DNA from: Asticcacaulis sp. UBA2476
Lineage (GTDB): Bacteria > Pseudomonadota > Alphaproteobacteria > Caulobacterales > Caulobacteraceae
Assembly: GCA_002342035.1 (NCBI GenBank)
Contig: DDPE01000075.1
Span: 12,776-76,775, forward strand
Reading direction: 5' to 3'
DNA: 64,000 nt
Shown one piece after another: positions 27,799 through 38,648 of this stretch. The notes under the pieces are model-generated. The model ran no database searches. It was not told the DNA's origin and was given only the letters and a program-made list of their open reading frames with translations. The first letter of the stretch is position 1; the number at the start of each line of letters is the position of its first letter. The position numbers and the translations under genes are program-made.

Positions 27799-28825
27799 GA
27801 TCAGCCTCTTCGAATTTAAGCGTCAAACGCCGTCCGACCTGCGTGAAATAGACGATCCACGTCACCAGCATCACCGCCCCTATGCCAAAGCGCGCTGACG
27901 TATCCGTAATAAGCTGCCGCCCGAAGCCTTCGAGCAGTCCGGCTAGCAGCAGCATGATCGCAACCCCTAGCATCACCGACCCCGTCAGCTTACCGGCGTC
28001 AACCAGCGCGGCCTTGCGCGTCAGATTGCCGGGGAACATGATCCGCCGCGCCATGTGGAAACCGGCGGCACCGGCAAGGACTATAGCCAGTAATTCGGTC
28101 GTCCCGTGAATACTCAGCCAACCGGCGAAATCGACCAGCAGCCCTTGGCGCGCAAACAGCCACAGCATGGCCCCCAGCAACATGCCGTTATGCAGGATCA
28201 AAAGGGCCGTCGGTATGCCCGCAATCACCCCAAGCGCAAAGGCAAAAATCGACACCTGGGTGTTATGCGACATCAGAAATACCGAAAAGACCGCCAGCCC
28301 GTCGGTACTGCCTTCGAGTGTTTTTTTCAGGTCGGCGGCTGAGGCCGACAGATTGCGTCCGCCTGACATGTCTTCGCCGACCAGCGCCGAATACCAGCTC
28401 TGATCGCCCGCACACAACAGCCAGCCCGCCACAATCCCGATCACCAGACAGGCCAGAGACAGTAAGAATTCCGGCCCGATGCGGCGCACACTTTCGGGCC
28501 ACTGCCGCCCGAAATAGCCGGTCAGAATGTCCTTGAAACGAGCGTGTGGGCCATAGATGCCCATATAGGCGCGCGCACACAGCCCCTGAAGATAGCCGAT
28601 CAGATTGCGGTCGAGCGAGATCGAGCGCGCCATCGACAGTGATGACACCGCTGAGCGATAAAGCACCGGCAGGTTCAGCAGTTCATCGGTCGAAAAGCTG
28701 TTCAGCTTACCCTGATCGAGGCGATCCAAAGCGCGGCTTAAGGTGCGCCAGTCCTTTTCGCGGGTATCACGAAACTTCTGGCTCTTGAGTTGCAGGGCGG
28801 GTTTTGCGGGCTCTTCATCGCTCAT
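27785..28825 (-). CDS. Stage II sporulation protein M (DUF95) family membrane protein
   Basis: HNTQV, NGMLLG, SIHGTTEL, AGLLEGF. Confidence 0.9.
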   Translation of the reverse strand: MSDEEPAKPALQLKSQKFRDTREKDWRTLSRALDRLDQGKLNSFSTDELLNLPVLYRSAVSSLSMARSISLDRNLIGYLQGLCARAYMGIYGPHARFKDILTGYFGRQWPESVRRIGPEFLLSLACLVIGIVAGWLLCAGDQSWYSALVGEDMSGGRNLSASAADLKKTLEGSTDGLAVFSVFLMSHNTQVSIFAFALGVIAGIPTALLILHNGMLLGAMLWLFARQGLLVDFAGWLSIHGTTELLAIVLAGAAGFHMARRIMFPGNLTRKAALVDAGKLTGSVMLGVAIMLLLAGLLEGFGRQLITDTSARFGIGAVMLVTWIVYFTQVGRRLTLKFEEADHGRP

Positions 28826-28834
28826 GTGATCCTC

Positions 28835-30142
28835 CTACAACCGGTCGGCTTGCTTGAGCGCCAGATATTTGGTGACGATGAGCGTGGCCATCTGCTCGGT
28901 CGGGGCTTCCAGCACCTCAATCCCCTGCCGGCGCAGCAGGGCATGGACGGTTTCACGCTGGGTCAACAGGCGCTGGGCGAAAATGGCGCGGCTGACATCT
29001 TCGGGCGTGAGTGGCGGTTTGGCGGCCAGATCTTCGAGCACTTCGTCGCGGAAGGCCACAAAGATGATGACGTGCTTTTTCGACAGGCGATTGAGCGCCT
29101 CCAGCATCAGGTCGGCGCTGATTTCATCGATGAAGTCGGTAAACAGCACAATAAGCGAGCGCCGCCCAATGCGCGAATTCAGATCGGCCAGAGCCAGGGT
29201 ATGATTAGACTCTTCGGCCATGTCCGACAGCGACGATAGCTGATGTTTCAGCACCTCATAGCCCTGCATGCCCGATACCTGCGGGGCGATGTGATAGGGC
29301 TGTGAGGCGAAGGCAAAGCTTCGGATATTGTCACCGATTTTCAGCGCGCAATAACCCAGCAACAGTCCGGCATAGAGCGCCCGATCAAGCCGTTTGATGC
29401 CAAGCAGCGGCTCTCCCATCAGCCGCCCGGTATCAAAGGCCAGCACGATGTGATGATTGCGTTCGGCCTGAAATTCCCGCGACAGCAGTTTGAGGTGACG
29501 AGCCGATGAGCGCCAGTCGATCCGGCGCGGGTCCTGACTGGCATCATATTCACGCAGGGCGTGAAATTCCGAGCCGTTGTGCAACTGGTTCTGCACGCGC
29601 ACGCCGTAAATGCTGTCGTAGGAAAACAGCTCAGACGCGTCGTGTTGCACGCCTTCGATATCGGGGGTGACGACGATCTGGCGATCCAGCGTCAGGCGCT
29701 TTTGTATCCAGATGAGCCCCAGAACGCCACGATAGCGGACATGGATATCCTCCAGAACCGCCACGCCGCGGGCATGTGCCTTGAGCGTCAGTTCGGCGTG
29801 GAAGGCCCCCTCATTATCGGTGATGGCTTGCGCGGTATCGCTGACGATCAGCAGGTGATTGGCCCCAAACCGCACCTCAAGCGCGCCCGGTCTGCGGCCT
29901 GTGAAGCTTAAGGTGTATGGCCAGACATAGTCGCGGCCCACGCCAATGGTGCGCGGGTTTTTCAGGTCGAGCTTAAGCGTGCGCGACAGGGGCGCAAACA
30001 GGCCGTCAAACAGCGAAAGCCCCAAAACCCCCAGCATGACCAGCGGCGCCCAGACCCAGCCTTGCGGCCACGCCAAGGCCAGCACGATGCTTAAGGCGAC
30101 GCACAGGACAAGGATCGTAATGAGGCGGGCGGTGGGGTACAT
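28835..30142 (-). CDS. DUF58 domain protein (vWA-like MoxR partner)
   Basis: GSEFHALREY, RRIDWRSSAR, DTGRLM, LFTD; N-terminal TM helices. Confidence 0.9.
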   Translation of the reverse strand: MYPTARLITILVLCVALSIVLALAWPQGWVWAPLVMLGVLGLSLFDGLFAPLSRTLKLDLKNPRTIGVGRDYVWPYTLSFTGRRPGALEVRFGANHLLIVSDTAQAITDNEGAFHAELTLKAHARGVAVLEDIHVRYRGVLGLIWIQKRLTLDRQIVVTPDIEGVQHDASELFSYDSIYGVRVQNQLHNGSEFHALREYDASQDPRRIDWRSSARHLKLLSREFQAERNHHIVLAFDTGRLMGEPLLGIKRLDRALYAGLLLGYCALKIGDNIRSFAFASQPYHIAPQVSGMQGYEVLKHQLSSLSDMAEESNHTLALADLNSRIGRRSLIVLFTDFIDEISADLMLEALNRLSKKHVIIFVAFRDEVLEDLAAKPPLTPEDVSRAIFAQRLLTQRETVHALLRRQGIEVLEAPTEQMATLIVTKYLALKQADRL

Positions 30143-30144
30143 GA

Positions 30145-31095
30145 CTATCTGGGTATCTCAACGCGTTCCAGCAGGCTTTGCAGTACGCTGTCGACATTGG
30201 CGCCTTCGATCTCCGCCGACGCCGACAGGAGAACACGGTGGCGCATACAGGGGGCATAGAGCGCCTTGATATCATCGGGCAGCACATAGTCACGGCCATC
30301 CAGTGTGGCGCGCGCCCGTGCGGCCCGTGCCAGCAGGGCGCCCGAACGTGGTGATGCGCCGACGCTCAGTTGCGCCACTTCGCGGGTGGCCCGGATCAGA
30401 TTGACGATGTAGTTGAGATTAGCGTCATTGAGCTTGACCTGCGCCACCACATCAATGGCCTGAGCCAGGGTTGCGGCATCGATGACACGGGTAATATTCA
30501 GTGTTGTGTCGGTCGCCGCCGCATTGCCCGACAGGCTGACGATGCGGCGCTCTTCTTCGATGCTGGGGTAGCTTAGGATGTGCTTGAACAAAAACCGGTC
30601 AAGCTGCGCTTCGGGCAGGGGATAGGTGCCCTGCTGCTCGATCGGGTTCTGGGTCGCAATGACCGTAAATCGGGCGCCCAGATCATGGCGGGTGCCATCC
30701 AGCGTCACAAACCGTTCCTGCATGGCTTCAAGCAGGGCGGCCTGAGTCTTGGGCGGGGTGCGGTTGATTTCGTCGGCCAGCAACAGATCGCAGAAAATCG
30801 GCCCTTTGCTGAGCGAAAAGCTGGAGGTCTGAAAGTTGAACAGGTTCGACCCCAGAATATCGCCGGGCAGCATGTCCGGGGTGAACTGGATGCGGCCAAA
30901 GCGCAGATCAAGCGACTGACAAAAGGCCCGCGCCAACAGGGTCTTAGCGGTGCCGGGAGGCCCTTCGAGCAGGATGTGTCCGCCGGAAAACAGCGCCACC
31001 AGCATAAGCTCGACCGTATCGGCCTGACCCACCACCGCCTTGGCGATTTCGGCCCTGAGCTGGTCGGCTAAGGATTTAATGTCGGATATTTGCAC
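30145..31095 (-). CDS. MoxR-family AAA+ ATPase
   Basis: GPPGTAKT Walker [16 protein letters not shown] Walker [26 protein letters not shown] start at 31095 with GGAGAG RBS. Confidence 0.95.
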   Translation of the reverse strand: MQISDIKSLADQLRAEIAKAVVGQADTVELMLVALFSGGHILLEGPPGTAKTLLARAFCQSLDLRFGRIQFTPDMLPGDILGSNLFNFQTSSFSLSKGPIFCDLLLADEINRTPPKTQAALLEAMQERFVTLDGTRHDLGARFTVIATQNPIEQQGTYPLPEAQLDRFLFKHILSYPSIEEERRIVSLSGNAAATDTTLNITRVIDAATLAQAIDVVAQVKLNDANLNYIVNLIRATREVAQLSVGASPRSGALLARAARARATLDGRDYVLPDDIKALYAPCMRHRVLLSASAEIEGANVDSVLQSLLERVEIPR

Positions 31096-31099
31096 GGTG

Positions 31100-32647
31100 T
31101 CAGCTCTCCGTTTTGGATGGGATGGTGCGGGATTTAGGGTCGCCCGTCTCAACACGCCATTGATGCAGGCGCTGACACAGGCTGATGAGATTTGCAGGCG
31201 TGGTCACTTTGGCGGAGTCGCGCACGATGGCGCTATAGGTTTCGGTGGTTCCCGTTCGCGCACTCAACTGATCGGCCAGTTCATCGGACGACAGGGTGGC
31301 ATGGCCCATATAGCCGCGCGATTTAAGGGCCGCATCGCGCATCATCTGGGCATAGAGCGGGGCCAGTTTCGGCTCGCGCCCAGCCTTACTCAGCAGGCGC
31401 GCGGCATTGTCCGCCAGTATGCTGACCCCGCGCCCCAGCGGTGCGGCCTTGGTCATATCATGGGCCGGACCAAAGCGGGCAAAGGCCGCCCACATCAGGC
31501 CCAGGCCCAGCACCATAAAGGCCAAAGGCACGGCGATAAACGGCGGGGTGGCGATGTAGTGCAGCAGGCTTTTGTCGACCGAGTGGCCGTTGAAGGTGAG
31601 GTTAAAAACGACCGATGGCGGGGTGGACGACTTACCGCGCACAGCATCAATCAGGGTAAGCGCCGTAACGACTTTTTGCGGGTCACTCAAGATCTGGTTG
31701 TTGAGCAGGTCGGGGTCGGTCAGCAGATAGACCGGCTGTGTGTATGGCTTTTCACCGGGCAAGGCATTAACGCGCGCCAGCACGATTTCACCCTTTGGCC
31801 CCAGCAGGATCGGGGTGAGTTTAGGCGTCGCCACGACCGATTGCAGGCCCTTGATCTTACCGGCCTTAAGCGGGGCTGCGAACAGGGTCTGGCCCGTTGT
31901 CGGTTGCAGGGTGATGTCGCGCGTCAGTTTGGTGGGTGACCGTAAGAAGGCGAGTCCGGCGGGTGTGAACTGAAATCCGTTACGCTTTTGATTTTTATCG
32001 TCAGTTATGGCGATCTCTTTAGCGGAAACCTTCTGATACAAAAGCCGCGACAAGTTGATTAAGTTCGAATAGGGCTGAGGCCCTTCATTCTGTGACCAGC
32101 GCGGACGGGTACGATGGGGCGCGGCAACCCATTTGGGCATAACAATCAGAACCGCATCGCCTTGCGAGCGGTATAATATGTGTTCTGATTTTTTATCATT
32201 AGGAAACTTTGAGGCCCGAAGCTGATCATCCGGGCCGGACCTCGATGGTTTGCGCTCATATGCAGGGGTGGTCTCAGCAGGGGCAGATGTATTATCTATA
32301 ACTTCATCGGCAGCTTCATCTACTGGAGTTACGTCGTCGTTTGCAGGCCATGAGACAAGCACATCGCTAACCATCTCAAGCGTGATAATCTCAAGATCAT
32401 AGCGCTGTTGCGGGCCGGTTTCGCGCCGGTTGATATCGCTGCGGTAACCGCGCGCATCAAGCAGTTTATAGAGACCTTTAAAGCCGTGCGGTGAGATCGC
32501 GCCGGCATCGGCTGATTGCGGGCTGTCCGGATCGAAGGACGGCGAAATCAGGATCAGGGCCGCCGTCGCAAACAGGCCGACACACAACAACCCGACGACC
32601 ATCGGCAGCATACGATTAAGCGGGGGCAGGCGGAAGTTAAGTTTCAT
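31100..32647 (-). CDS. DUF4350-like membrane-anchored periplasmic protein
   Basis: N-terminal TM helix, [19 protein letters not shown], second TM helix followed by ARFGP; typical position upstream of moxR. Confidence 0.7.
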   Translation of the reverse strand: MKLNFRLPPLNRMLPMVVGLLCVGLFATAALILISPSFDPDSPQSADAGAISPHGFKGLYKLLDARGYRSDINRRETGPQQRYDLEIITLEMVSDVLVSWPANDDVTPVDEAADEVIDNTSAPAETTPAYERKPSRSGPDDQLRASKFPNDKKSEHILYRSQGDAVLIVMPKWVAAPHRTRPRWSQNEGPQPYSNLINLSRLLYQKVSAKEIAITDDKNQKRNGFQFTPAGLAFLRSPTKLTRDITLQPTTGQTLFAAPLKAGKIKGLQSVVATPKLTPILLGPKGEIVLARVNALPGEKPYTQPVYLLTDPDLLNNQILSDPQKVVTALTLIDAVRGKSSTPPSVVFNLTFNGHSVDKSLLHYIATPPFIAVPLAFMVLGLGLMWAAFARFGPAHDMTKAAPLGRGVSILADNAARLLSKAGREPKLAPLYAQMMRDAALKSRGYMGHATLSSDELADQLSARTGTTETYSAIVRDSAKVTTPANLISLCQRLHQWRVETGDPKSRTIPSKTES

Positions 32648-33378
32648 CAGCCGATCCCTTCGATGGCGACGAAATCGACATAGGCCTGACGGCAGGCGTC
32701 AAAGCCTTCGCGCCCGACCCGGATACCCGCGAAAAAGCTCATTTCAACCCAGCGCGTAATTTCCCCGAACGCGGGCCGCGCGTCAGATGGCAACAGCGGG
32801 TGGCTTAGGATATCGCGCGACGAATAATGGGTGCGCACCAGATCGGGCCGGTAGGCGTTCAGATCAGCCACCGACCTCAGCAACAGCAAATGCACCGCTT
32901 CATCATAGTCGCCCTTGGCGGCCAGTGCGTCGATATCGTGCAGCAGGGCGGCGGCGGCGTCCTTGGTGGGCCGCCACATCGTCTCAGGCTTCATCACATC
33001 GCGCGGCAGGAAACGCTCAATCTGCTGGCGGATCAGCATCCGCACAAATGGCGACAGCACCAGAACCGCCAGCGCAAACACCAAAAGATAAATCAGCCAG
33101 GGCAGAATGGGCCCAAGGGGCGCCATGATCTTGCCAATGGCGGTAATGACATCGCCGAGCCAGTGCAACACGTCTTTGAGCCATTGCGGCATCTCGGTCT
33201 TGGGCGGGTTAACCTGAGCGAAGTGGGTCTGGATATAGCCGCTACCATTGACGTCATCAATCAGGCTGCGGGCCTGATCCTGAGTTACAGATTCCGGGGT
33301 CACAGACACGTCCACAGACGCGGCCGCCGATGCGGAAACGCTCGCGTCTGTCTGATTGTCGGAAAGCCTAAGCCCCAT
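32647..33378 (-). CDS. DUF4129-like membrane protein
   Basis: One TM helix, then AAKGDYDEAVHLLL and VEMSFFAG. ATG 33378 with GGAGAGG RBS. Confidence 0.65.
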   Translation of the reverse strand: MGLRLSDNQTDASVSASAAASVDVSVTPESVTQDQARSLIDDVNGSGYIQTHFAQVNPPKTEMPQWLKDVLHWLGDVITAIGKIMAPLGPILPWLIYLLVFALAVLVLSPFVRMLIRQQIERFLPRDVMKPETMWRPTKDAAAALLHDIDALAAKGDYDEAVHLLLLRSVADLNAYRPDLVRTHYSSRDILSHPLLPSDARPAFGEITRWVEMSFFAGIRVGREGFDACRQAYVDFVAIEGIG

Positions 33379-33450
33379 AACCTCTCCCCACCCCACGACC
33401 ATAGGCTGAGGACATATTTGGGTCAATCGGCAATTGGACGCAGGCGGCCT

Positions 33451-34329
33451 TTAGCGGTAATTTGTTCCTGAAAAATAGTCCTCAGCTTGCTGCATAAAGT
33501 CATCCGCGATAGCACGCGTTGCTTGAGGTAATTCATGGCGCGGCCGGAACAGTCCGATCTGACGCGTGGGCGTAAACCCTTCCAGATTTACGAAAGCGGC
33601 GCTCCCATTTTGATAGCTTTGGGGCATGACGGTGGCACCGACACCGGCGGAGACTATATCCAGCGCGCGCTCATCATGGCGGGTGCGGTAGACCAGCGGT
33701 GGGCGGACGTTGCGGTCAGTGAAATAGCGGCTGGTCTCGGACAGGACTTCGCACAGAGATCGCACGATCATCGGCTGATCGGCCATGTCTTCGCCGCGTA
33801 CCGTGCCCGCGCCGGCCAAAGGGTGATCCGGCGGCAGCACCAGGCTGTAGCCCTCAGTGTAAAGCGGCAAACTACGGTCATCCTCAACCCTGCGGATCGA
33901 CAGCGCAAAGTCGATGCCGCGCTCATCCATGCGGTTGAGCAGTTCCTGCTCGGTGCCATCCGATAGCTCAAATTGCGTCTCCGGATGTATCGCGCGAACG
34001 CTTTTGATCAGGCCCGCGATACGCTGTGACGGCAGGGTATGCAGCACGCCCAGCCGCAGTACCGGTGCCGTGACACCTTGCGCCACTTCAGCCAGAGCCA
34101 GATTACATTCATGCAGGATGGTCTTGGCGCGGGGCAGGAACCGCGCCCCGGCGGTGGTCAGAAACACCCGCTTATTGTTGCGCACAAAAAGGGCGGCCCC
34201 CACCGTTTCTTCCAGCCGTTTTATCCCGGCCGACAGGGTAGGCTGGGTCACGGACGAGGCATTGGCGGCCTTGGTGAACGATCCGGTTTCAACCACCGCC
34301 AGAAAATAACGCAGCAGATAAGGGTCCAT
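33451..34329 (-). CDS. LysR-family regulator divergent from the liu operon
   Basis: LRYFLAVVETGSFTKAA...VTQPTLSAGIKRLE HTH. Confidence 0.95.
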   Translation of the reverse strand: MDPYLLRYFLAVVETGSFTKAANASSVTQPTLSAGIKRLEETVGAALFVRNNKRVFLTTAGARFLPRAKTILHECNLALAEVAQGVTAPVLRLGVLHTLPSQRIAGLIKSVRAIHPETQFELSDGTEQELLNRMDERGIDFALSIRRVEDDRSLPLYTEGYSLVLPPDHPLAGAGTVRGEDMADQPMIVRSLCEVLSETSRYFTDRNVRPPLVYRTRHDERALDIVSAGVGATVMPQSYQNGSAAFVNLEGFTPTRQIGLFRPRHELPQATRAIADDFMQQAEDYFSGTNYR

Positions 34330-34332
34330 TAT

Positions 34333-34387
34333 ACTCCCCTGCCTTGCCGGGGGAGGTGGCGCGCCGAAGGCGTGGCGGAAGGGGGCA
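34333..34387. repeat. REP-like palindromic element directly upstream of the LysR start
   Basis: CTCCCCTGCCTTGCCGGGGGAG plus GGCGCGCCGAAGGCGTGGC nested hairpins. Confidence 0.65.
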
Positions 34388-34404
34388 TGTTTGTACCGTT
34401 ATGA

Positions 34405-34419
34405 ATAGAAAATTTCTAT
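34405..34419. promoter_or_regulatory. LysR box (T-N11-A)
   Basis: Perfect ATAGAAA-A-TTTCTAT between lysR and liuB. Confidence 0.7.
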
Positions 34420-34493
34420 CAATTCTATTTTTATAATCGATTTTATCAATTTCAACAAGGCGACTATCATGTGGGTAAATACAGGGAATCCAC

Positions 34494-36101
34494 ATGACCA
34501 TCTGGGTCAGCGACATCGATACCGCCTCTGAGGGTTTTCGCGCCAATGCCGCGCGGCTCAAAGCCATGACGGCGGAACTGCATGCGCTCACCGCCCGCAT
34601 AGCTGAAGGTGGGCCTGCCGCCGCTCGTGAGCGCCATGTGGCGCGCGGAAAGCTTTTGCCGCGTGATCGCATTACCGCTCTGATCGATCAGGGTTCACCC
34701 TTTCTGGAAATCGGGGCCTTAGCGGCGCACGGGGTCTATGCCGAAGAGGTGGCGTCTGCCGGAATCATCTGCGGTATTGGCCGCATCGAAGGCACCGAGT
34801 GCATGATCGTGTGCAATGACGCCACGGTTAAGGGTGGAACCTATTATCCGCTGACGGTCAAGAAGCATTTGCGGGCGCAGGACATCGCCCTGACCAACCA
34901 TTTGCCCTGTGTCTATCTGGTCGATTCCGGCGGGGCCAACCTGCCCAATCAGGATGAGGTCTTTCCGGACCGCGATCATTTTGGCCGCATCTTTTTCAAT
35001 CAGGCGCAGATGTCGGCCCGCAATATTCCTCAAATCGCCGTCGTGATGGGCAGTTGTACGGCGGGCGGGGCCTATGTACCGGCCATGTCTGATGAAACCA
35101 TTATCGTGCGCCATCAGGGGACGATCTTTCTGGGTGGACCGCCGCTGGTCAAGGCCGCGACCGGTGAAGTGGTCAGCGCCGAAGACTTAGGCGGTGGCGA
35201 TGTCCACGCCAGACGCTCAGGCGTGGCCGATCATCTGGCGGATAATGATGCCGAGGCCCTACAGATCGCGCGGCGAATTGTGCGCCATTTGAACCGCACA
35301 AAAACGATAGCTTTGACGGTGCGGGAGGTGCAGGAACCGGCCTATGACGGTGCGGAACTTTACGGCCTGATCCCGGCCGATCCGAAGCAGCCCATCGATG
35401 CCCGCGAACTGATCGGACGGGTGGTTGATGGTTCGGAATTTGATGAGTTTAAGCCGCTGTACGGTGAAACCCTGATTACCGGATTTGCCCATCTTTATGG
35501 TTATCCGGTCGGAATTATTGCCAATAACGGCGTGCTGTTTTCGCAGAGCGCCCTAAAAGGCGCGCACTTTGTGGAGCTATGTTGCCAGCGCGGCATACCG
35601 CTGATCTTTCTGCAAAACATCACCGGCTTTATGGTTGGCCAAAAATACGAAAACGAAGGCATTGCCCGTGATGGCGCAAAGCTGGTGACGGCGGTGGCCT
35701 GTGCCAATGTGCCTAAGCTGACCCTGATTTTCGGCGGCTCCTACGGGGCGGGCAATTACGGCATGTGCGGGCGGGCCTTTGATCCGCGCTTTGTGTGGAT
35801 GTGGCCCAATGCGCGTATTTCGGTCATGGGCGGCGCCCAGGCGGCAGGGGTTCTGGCCACCGTTAAGCGCGACGCGATTGAAGTCAAAGGCGGCACGTGG
35901 TCGCTAGAGGATGAGGCCGCGTTTAAGGCTCCCTATATCGAACAGTTTGAGGCCCAGAGCCATGCCTTTTATGCGTCCGCGCGCCTGTGGGACGACGGGG
36001 TGATCGACCCTGCCGATACCCGCCGGGTTTTGGGTTTGTCGCTGTCGGCGGCCCTGAATGCCCCGATCGAACCGACCCGGTTCGGTGTTTTTAGAATGTA
36101 A
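34494..36101 (+). CDS. liuB: 3-methylcrotonyl-CoA carboxylase beta (carboxyltransferase) subunit
   Basis: [54 protein letters not shown]. Confidence 0.93.
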   Translation: MTIWVSDIDTASEGFRANAARLKAMTAELHALTARIAEGGPAAARERHVARGKLLPRDRITALIDQGSPFLEIGALAAHGVYAEEVASAGIICGIGRIEGTECMIVCNDATVKGGTYYPLTVKKHLRAQDIALTNHLPCVYLVDSGGANLPNQDEVFPDRDHFGRIFFNQAQMSARNIPQIAVVMGSCTAGGAYVPAMSDETIIVRHQGTIFLGGPPLVKAATGEVVSAEDLGGGDVHARRSGVADHLADNDAEALQIARRIVRHLNRTKTIALTVREVQEPAYDGAELYGLIPADPKQPIDARELIGRVVDGSEFDEFKPLYGETLITGFAHLYGYPVGIIANNGVLFSQSALKGAHFVELCCQRGIPLIFLQNITGFMVGQKYENEGIARDGAKLVTAVACANVPKLTLIFGGSYGAGNYGMCGRAFDPRFVWMWPNARISVMGGAQAAGVLATVKRDAIEVKGGTWSLEDEAAFKAPYIEQFEAQSHAFYASARLWDDGVIDPADTRRVLGLSLSAALNAPIEPTRFGVFRM

Positions 36102-36139
36102 TGTGCTCAAGGAGCGAAGCGTTAGCACAAAGGAAAACC

Positions 36140-36919
36140 ATGTCGTCCCTATCATTACACATCGCTGATGGTATTGCCCGCGTCATCCTCAACCGGCCGG
36201 AGCGGCATAATGCCTTTGATGCCCGCCTGATCGATGATCTGGAAGACACTTTCACCCTGCTGGGCCGGGACACAAACGTCCGGGTGATCGTCCTGACCCA
36301 TGCCGGGGCTAATTTCTGCGCCGGGGCTGATCTGGAATGGATGGCGGCTTCGGCGGCCAAACCGCAAACCGCAAACCGCGAAGACGCCCTTAAAATGGCG
36401 CGCATGTTTGCGGCCATCAACACCTGCCCCAAACCGGTGATCGGGCTGGTGCGCGGCAAAGCCATCGGCGGGGGCGTAGGGCTGGTGGCGTGCTGCGATA
36501 TCGTCATCGCCGCCCCCGATGCCAGCTTTTGCTTAAGCGAGGTTAGGCTGGGTCTGATCCCGGCGGTGATATCGCCGTTCGTGGTGGCTAAGATCGGCCC
36601 CTCTCAGGCCCGCAGGTTCATGATCAGCGCCGAGGCGTTTGATGCCTTAACCGCCATGCGCATCGGCCTGATCCACGAGGTGTGTGCGGATGGAGAGGCG
36701 ACGCTTACGACCCTGATCGCCGCCCTGCTGCGCAATGCGCCAAAGGCGATGGCGGAAGTTAAAACCCTGCTGGCCGATGTGGCGGGGAAAGCCATAGATG
36801 ACGATCTTTTGAGCGTGTGCGCCGACCGTATTGCTGCGCGCCGGGCCTCATTTGAGGGCATGGAGGGCGTGGCCGCCTTCCTTGGCAAACGCAAAGCCGA
36901 TTGGGTGCCCAATGACTAA
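36140..36919 (+). CDS. liuC: Methylglutaconyl-CoA hydratase (crotonase family)
   Basis: LNRPERHNAF, FCAGADL, GGGVGL, LSEVRLGLIPAVISP; position in the operon. Confidence 0.85.
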   Translation: MSSLSLHIADGIARVILNRPERHNAFDARLIDDLEDTFTLLGRDTNVRVIVLTHAGANFCAGADLEWMAASAAKPQTANREDALKMARMFAAINTCPKPVIGLVRGKAIGGGVGLVACCDIVIAAPDASFCLSEVRLGLIPAVISPFVVAKIGPSQARRFMISAEAFDALTAMRIGLIHEVCADGEATLTTLIAALLRNAPKAMAEVKTLLADVAGKAIDDDLLSVCADRIAARRASFEGMEGVAAFLGKRKADWVPND

Positions 36920-38648
36920 ACAGGTACGCAAACTGCTGATCGCCAATCGCGGCGAAATCGCTTGCCGTATCATCCGCACTTGTCAGCGGATGGGTATCCG
37001 CACGGTGGCGGTATATGCCGATGGCGATGCCCGTGCTTTGTTTGTGACCGACGCCGATGAAGCCTATGCTCTGGGTGGGGTGACGGCAACCGAGACCTAT
37101 CTGCGGGGTGAGCGGATTATCAATATCGCCAAATCTTGTGGCGCTGATGCCATCCACCCCGGCTATGGCTTTTTGTCGGAAAATGCAGAGTTTGCGAAAA
37201 TGTGTAATGAGGCGGGACTGATCTTTGTCGGCCCATCGCCAGAGTCCATGCGGGCCATGGCGCTGAAAGGCGCGGCCAAGGCGCTGATGGAGGCCGCCGG
37301 TGTGCCAGTCACCCCCGGCTATCATGGCGATGATCAGTCTGCCGATACCCTGCAACAGGCCGCTGACCGTATCGGTTATCCGGTGCTGATCAAGGCCGTG
37401 GCTGGCGGTGGCGGCAAAGGGATGCGCCGCGTCGTCGGGCCACAGGATTTTGCCCACGCCCTGGCCGCCGCGCAGGCCGAGGGAAAAAAAGCCTTTGGCG
37501 ACCCGAAGGTGCTGATTGAAAAATATATCACCCGCCCCCGCCATGTCGAGGTGCAGGTGTTTGGGGATTGTCACGGGCAGGTCGTACACCTGTTTGACCG
37601 TGACTGCTCGATGCAGCGCCGCCATCAAAAGGTGATCGAAGAAGCGCCTGCGCCCGACCTCAGTAACGTCACACGACATGCCCTGCACAGCGCCGCCGTG
37701 CGCGCCGCACAGGCTATCACTTATCAGGGCGCGGGCACGATTGAATTCATCCTCGATACCGATACGGGCCAGTTCTATTTCATGGAAATGAACACCCGGC
37801 TTCAGGTCGAACATCCGGTGACGGAAATGATCACCGGCCTTGATCTGGTCGAATGGCAGATCCGGGTGGCGCGCGGTGAACCCCTGCCGCTGACGCAAGC
37901 TCAGATCACCCGGACCGGCCATGCCCTTGAGGCCCGTCTCTATGCCGAAGACCCCGATGCCGATTTCATGCCCTCAGCCGGTACGCTGACCCGGCTTGAA
38001 TTTGCGCATCGCATCCGCATCGATACCGGCGTGCAGGCAGGCGATGAGGTCAGTATCTATTTCGACCCCATGATCGCAAAGCTCATTGCGCACGGTAAGG
38101 ATCGGTCCGCCGCGATAGCTGGTTTGCGCCGCGCCCTGATCGATACGCGGGTCGAGGGGCTGACCAGCAACCTCAGCTTTCTGCGCCGGTTGATCTCGGC
38201 GCACGCGTTTGCGGCGGGCGAGATTGATACCGGTTTTATTGAGCGGCACCGCGACGACCTGATGACCCCGTGGCCGGATATTGCGCAGCATAAATCATTA
38301 AACGATCCCAATTCACCGTGGGGTGCCACCGATGGCTGGTGGCTCAATCAGCCGCCGGTCAGTCCGCCCGATCTGCGCCGTTTCACCACGCGCGCGGTTC
38401 AGCGCCCCACCGGCCCTGTGGTGATCGAGGCCCCCATGCCGGGTTTGGTGGTGGCGGTCGAGGTCTTAGAGCATGCCCGCGTCACCAGGGGCCAGCCTGT
38501 GCTGATGCTGGAGGCCATGAAGCTTCAGCACACCCTGAAAGCCCCCTGCGACGGCACGGTGACGGGGTTGAGCGCCACTATAGGTCAGCAGGTGCGCGGC
38601 CACGATGTGCTGATGACCATCACCCCTGTCGATGAGGAGGCTGCCTGA
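36912..38648 (+). CDS. liuD: 3-methylcrotonyl-CoA carboxylase alpha (biotin carboxylase + BCCP), short linker
   Basis: [57 protein letters not shown]. Confidence 0.9.
   Translation: MTKQVRKLLIANRGEIACRIIRTCQRMGIRTVAVYADGDARALFVTDADEAYALGGVTATETYLRGERIINIAKSCGADAIHPGYGFLSENAEFAKMCNEAGLIFVGPSPESMRAMALKGAAKALMEAAGVPVTPGYHGDDQSADTLQQAADRIGYPVLIKAVAGGGGKGMRRVVGPQDFAHALAAAQAEGKKAFGDPKVLIEKYITRPRHVEVQVFGDCHGQVVHLFDRDCSMQRRHQKVIEEAPAPDLSNVTRHALHSAAVRAAQAITYQGAGTIEFILDTDTGQFYFMEMNTRLQVEHPVTEMITGLDLVEWQIRVARGEPLPLTQAQITRTGHALEARLYAEDPDADFMPSAGTLTRLEFAHRIRIDTGVQAGDEVSIYFDPMIAKLIAHGKDRSAAIAGLRRALIDTRVEGLTSNLSFLRRLISAHAFAAGEIDTGFIERHRDDLMTPWPDIAQHKSLNDPNSPWGATDGWWLNQPPVSPPDLRRFTTRAVQRPTGPVVIEAPMPGLVVAVEVLEHARVTRGQPVLMLEAMKLQHTLKAPCDGTVTGLSATIGQQVRGHDVLMTITPVDEEAA

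Noticed and set aside
36759-37922. 387-aa antisense ORF, and similar long shadow ORFs (7901-8692, 15699-16505, 31040-31939, 61187-62023)
   Set aside because: These are expected antisense open frames of GC-rich genes, with no recognisable motifs.
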